Shown here: piece after piece, positions 61,113-64,000 of the stretch | Numbering within the stretch: the first letter of the stretch is position 1 | Layout: every line of letters starts with the position of its first letter | Source: a bacterium | GTDB taxonomy: Bacteria; UBA8248 | Assembly (NCBI GenBank): GCA_965213625.1 | Contig: CBDBZU010000004.1 | Span: 1,056,001-1,120,000 of the forward strand | DNA: 64,000 bases | Reading direction: 5' to 3' | The notes under the pieces: generated by a model | The model's input: only the letters and a program-made list of their open reading frames with translations | Databases searched by the model: none | Told to the model about the DNA's origin: nothing | Program-made: the position numbers and the translations under genes

Positions 61113-62563
61113 GATCCCTCCCCCCCCATAAAACAAAGTTGATTTACTGCGCCCCCTTTTTGAGCGAAACCTAATGCTTCAAGAGATGACTTGATTAGAT
61201 TTTTTGAATTTTGAGCAGTTTCAGGGAAACAGGCGGCACCTATTGAAATTGTGATTTCGAACTCTTTTCCACTGAGATAGCAGGGGGTGTGATTAACCAC
61301 ATGAATGATTCGTTCTGCTACGGCTTCAGCATATTCTTGGGAGGAGTCCTGCAATAACAACAGAAATCGTGGTCCCTCATGCCTCACCAAGATGTCATTT
61401 CCCGTCGCGAATTGTTTAAGTGAATTTGAAAGCTGGAGAATGACTTCTTCCTCAGATGTATCCTTAATTTCAGATGAATCGTCGGGAGCGATACTGAGCA
61501 ACGCAAGTTGGCGCCCCTTCATTTCCGCGTCGCAGATAATTTCATGAAGGCGAGAATGTAGATATTGCACATTCTGCTCACCGGTGAGAGGATCGATCTC
61601 TAAGCGTGCTTGCCAGCGTGATTCGTTTTTCCGATTTGCGATTGCATCCGCCACAAGAGCCGCAATGATTTCTCCGCGTTGGATTGAAGAAGCATCAAAT
61701 TGCGCTCGGCGTTTGCTTGTGAACCCTAGGCAACCGAGGGTTTCACCTCTTGAGATTAGCGGAAGACACACGGCGGAACGCGCTTCAAGCTGAGGCTCGT
61801 CATGATGGAAGAGAGGCCTGGTTCCTTTTTTCCCTTTCAGGTCCGGGAGTCTTAAGCTTTCTTTTTTGCTTAAGACGTATCCCGCCAGACTTGCGCGTTC
61901 ACTGATGGCAACTTCACCCAGGAATAGTTCTCCAAACCCGGAGGTTCGGACAAGGCGGGGGAGGCCTACTTCCTCGTCGATGAGGACGAGGAAGCAGGCG
62001 TCGAAGGGAAGCAACTCGCGTGGTACCTGGCATACCGCATTCAACAATTGACCCTCGTTCTCGCTTACGCGAAGCGAATTCAGGTATTTGCTGAAGGCGA
62101 GAATGTTCATGGAGCGTCGCTCCAGTTGAACGGTCGTCAGGGCACCGTCTGCAAGATAGGCGAATTGCTGGGCGAACCCCGCGAGAATTTTCTGGTCTCT
62201 GGACGTGAAACACCAGCTTTTTTTACTGTCGATGGCGAGCGCCCCTTTGTTGATGGAAGAAGGCAGGGGAGTCGCCATGAAGGACTTGATATCCTCGTTT
62301 CTGCTGTAATAGCCGAGAACGAGGGTGTCTTTGTCGAACTGATTGACGCTTAACGGCTCGTTATTCTCCAATACCCAGCCCATGAAACCCTGCCCCATAT
62401 CGACCGAGGCATCAGCGAGAATATACGGGCTCAAGCTGTGGTACGTGGTGAGCTGATACGTCTTACGGCGTTTGTTTTCAAGGAATAAGCAGGCGGAGTA
62501 GGCTTCCGTTACGTTGCTGACGAGCGTGATGAGGGAGAATAAATCTCTTTCCAGATTCGTCAT
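61109..62563 (-). CDS. GAF-GAF protein with degenerate GGDEF domain
   Basis: Two GAF-like repeats (G..GWV, PL..G.L), DPLTG, RHEGPRF in place of GGDEF, TISIG. Confidence 0.8.
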   Translation of the reverse strand: MTNLERDLFSLITLVSNVTEAYSACLFLENKRRKTYQLTTYHSLSPYILADASVDMGQGFMGWVLENNEPLSVNQFDKDTLVLGYYSRNEDIKSFMATPLPSSINKGALAIDSKKSWCFTSRDQKILAGFAQQFAYLADGALTTVQLERRSMNILAFSKYLNSLRVSENEGQLLNAVCQVPRELLPFDACFLVLIDEEVGLPRLVRTSGFGELFLGEVAISERASLAGYVLSKKESLRLPDLKGKKGTRPLFHHDEPQLEARSAVCLPLISRGETLGCLGFTSKRRAQFDASSIQRGEIIAALVADAIANRKNESRWQARLEIDPLTGEQNVQYLHSRLHEIICDAEMKGRQLALLSIAPDDSSEIKDTSEEEVILQLSNSLKQFATGNDILVRHEGPRFLLLLQDSSQEYAEAVAERIIHVVNHTPCYLSGKEFEITISIGAACFPETAQNSKNLIKSSLEALGFAQKGGAVNQLCFMGGEGS

Positions 62564-63031
62564 TTCAAGCACCCATCGGGACGGATTGGAACGCTGCCGA
62601 ATATACCAAGCGCACGGAATATATTTCAAGTAATATTTTCACTAACTGCTATAACATATTGAATTTACTTTATTTATAAATAATATAAATTTTCTTGTTT
62701 TCGCCATGCTTAAAGCGATTCTTGCAGATATAATGATAACTTATTGATATTGCATATGTTATGAGAATATAAATTTATTTTTCGGTGGATTTTTCTGGGG
62801 AGAGAATCACAGCGTCCATATATTGTGCGATATTTTTTTATTTCAGACTACATATTGTGGAATTTTCAGGCGCCCGGGACGAACGCCCTTCGGGATTCCC
62901 CCCCCCCCGCAGTTCCCCGCATTTGCCGCTGCGCGCATTCCCGGGGAGCCGTGCTATCCTCGCGATGTTTCTTCGGCGGGAGATTTATGCCCGCACGAAT
63001 CCCCGCAATTCCCCGCAACTGCCCGCGGAAA

Positions 63032-63094
63032 TTTACGGAAATACCCCGTCAATTTATCGAATTTTATCTGAATTTATCGATATTTACAGAAATT
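63032..63094 (-). repeat. Right copy of long-range inverted repeat (3x GATAAA(A)TT)
   Basis: Reverse complement AATTTCTGTAAATATCGATAAATTCAGATAAAATTCGATAAATTGACGGGGTATTTCCGTAAA. Confidence 0.85.
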
Positions 63095-63123
63095 CAAGGG
63101 GCGGGGGAGCGCCGGTTCCCCGC

Positions 63124-63477
63124 CTAGTGCTCATACGCCTGGGTGGCGCTCACGGGAATCATGCAGACGAACTCCATGGTCTCGTCCGAATCATTGTGGA
63201 AGGTGTGGTTCTCGCCCGGCGCCACGAATATGGCAGAGCCCGGCGCGATGGCCTGCGTCTCGCCCTCGACGATCACCCGCCCCTCGCCCTTCAGCATGAA
63301 CACCTGGTGCTCCCAGGAGTGTGCGTGGTCCGGCGTCTGCCCGCCCGCTTCAATCTCGATGACCCGCATCGCCATATCGGTCTCGCCGTCGCGCTCGCTG
63401 AGCAGCCAGCGGATGCCCGCGCCCTTGGCCGCCTTCTCCGATTTGAGTTCCGCATCCTTGTAGTTCATCACCTTCAT
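63124..63477 (-). CDS. Cupin domain protein
   Basis: TPDHAHSWEH, PGENH.F.N; AGGGGAGG RBS. Confidence 0.88.
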   Translation of the reverse strand: MKVMNYKDAELKSEKAAKGAGIRWLLSERDGETDMAMRVIEIEAGGQTPDHAHSWEHQVFMLKGEGRVIVEGETQAIAPGSAIFVAPGENHTFHNDSDETMEFVCMIPVSATQAYEH

Positions 63478-63926
63478 GGCGTCACGCCTCCCCTGGTTTG
63501 ATTCAGCTGCATGCCTTATGAACCGGACTCGCGAATCATACCATATCCGAGCCTGAGCGTGTCAAAACGACTCCCCCTTTGAGATAAATCACGACCGATG
63601 AGGGAGTGATTGACGCGATCAATGAGGGAGGGTTGGCGGCGAGGAGGAATGGGAAGGCTGTTTTCCCGCGTCCCCTTCGACAGGCTCAGGGCAGGCTCTT
63701 GATACGGCGCGCAAGTGCGCCTACTCGGGATGAGGAGGAGGATTGCCGGGAGGGGAGGTGTGTGATTCTCTTCTCTCTCGTCGATTGGCAACGCCGTTCA
63801 GGGGCGAAGCCCGCAGCCGCGCCGGTGGGGGGTGAAACACGAATGATGAATGAGTGTTTGACTTGGGCGAAGAAAAAGGGATTGCCGGAATCCGGTTTCT
63901 TTCATGTCCGCGTTCGTTGGATTTGC

Positions 63927-63952
63927 GTAGGGACAACCCCCCGTGGTTGTCC
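63927..63952. repeat. GTAG-type REP
   Basis: GTAGGGACAACC-CCCCGT-GGTTGTCC. Confidence 0.65.
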
Positions 63953-64000
63953 GGCCTTCTCCGCCCACGGGTTTTTTACGCCGTCATTCCGGCGCACGCC

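Noticed and set aside
62722-62752. Second dif-like candidate TGCAGATATAA-TGATAA-CTTATTGATAT
   Set aside because: Right arm lacks TTATG at the 6-bp spacing; expected by chance in AT-rich DNA
62630-63094. oriC or plasmid origin
   Set aside because: No DnaA boxes, dnaA/rep or par genes; local genes converge rather than diverge
49800-63094. Classical transposon or prophage
   Set aside because: No transposase, integrase or phage genes, no target duplication, and housekeeping cargo; kept only as an alternative hypothesis

Overview
Bacterial chromosomal window, mostly GC-rich (about 60-65% by eye). It runs from the end of the F1Fo ATP synthase operon (atpA'-G-D-C) through a long catabolic/transport region: peptide, sugar and taurine ABC systems, two tandem E1 alpha/beta pairs with no E2/E3, three paralogous C-C/ester hydrolases, CoA enzymes and an amidohydrolase-Rieske pair. 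It also holds an IS1182-family element nested in a MITE, many GTAG-REP and hairpin repeats, a small AT-richer defence-like islet, and a GrdB/PrdB-like selenoprotein split by the ORF track at an in-frame UGA. The most striking non-gene structure is a ~13 kb AT-enriched valley (~49.8-63.1 kb) of housekeeping-type genes (scoAB, aroE, mreB). It is bracketed by a pair of inward-facing ~55-63 bp imperfect inverted repeats made of GATAAATT units, its genes converge at ~56.2 kb, and a partial dif-like site lies at that point. This is a candidate replication-terminus or fork-trap domain. No rRNA, tRNA or CRISPR array was seen. All annotations come from motif recognition only, and GC values are visual estimates.
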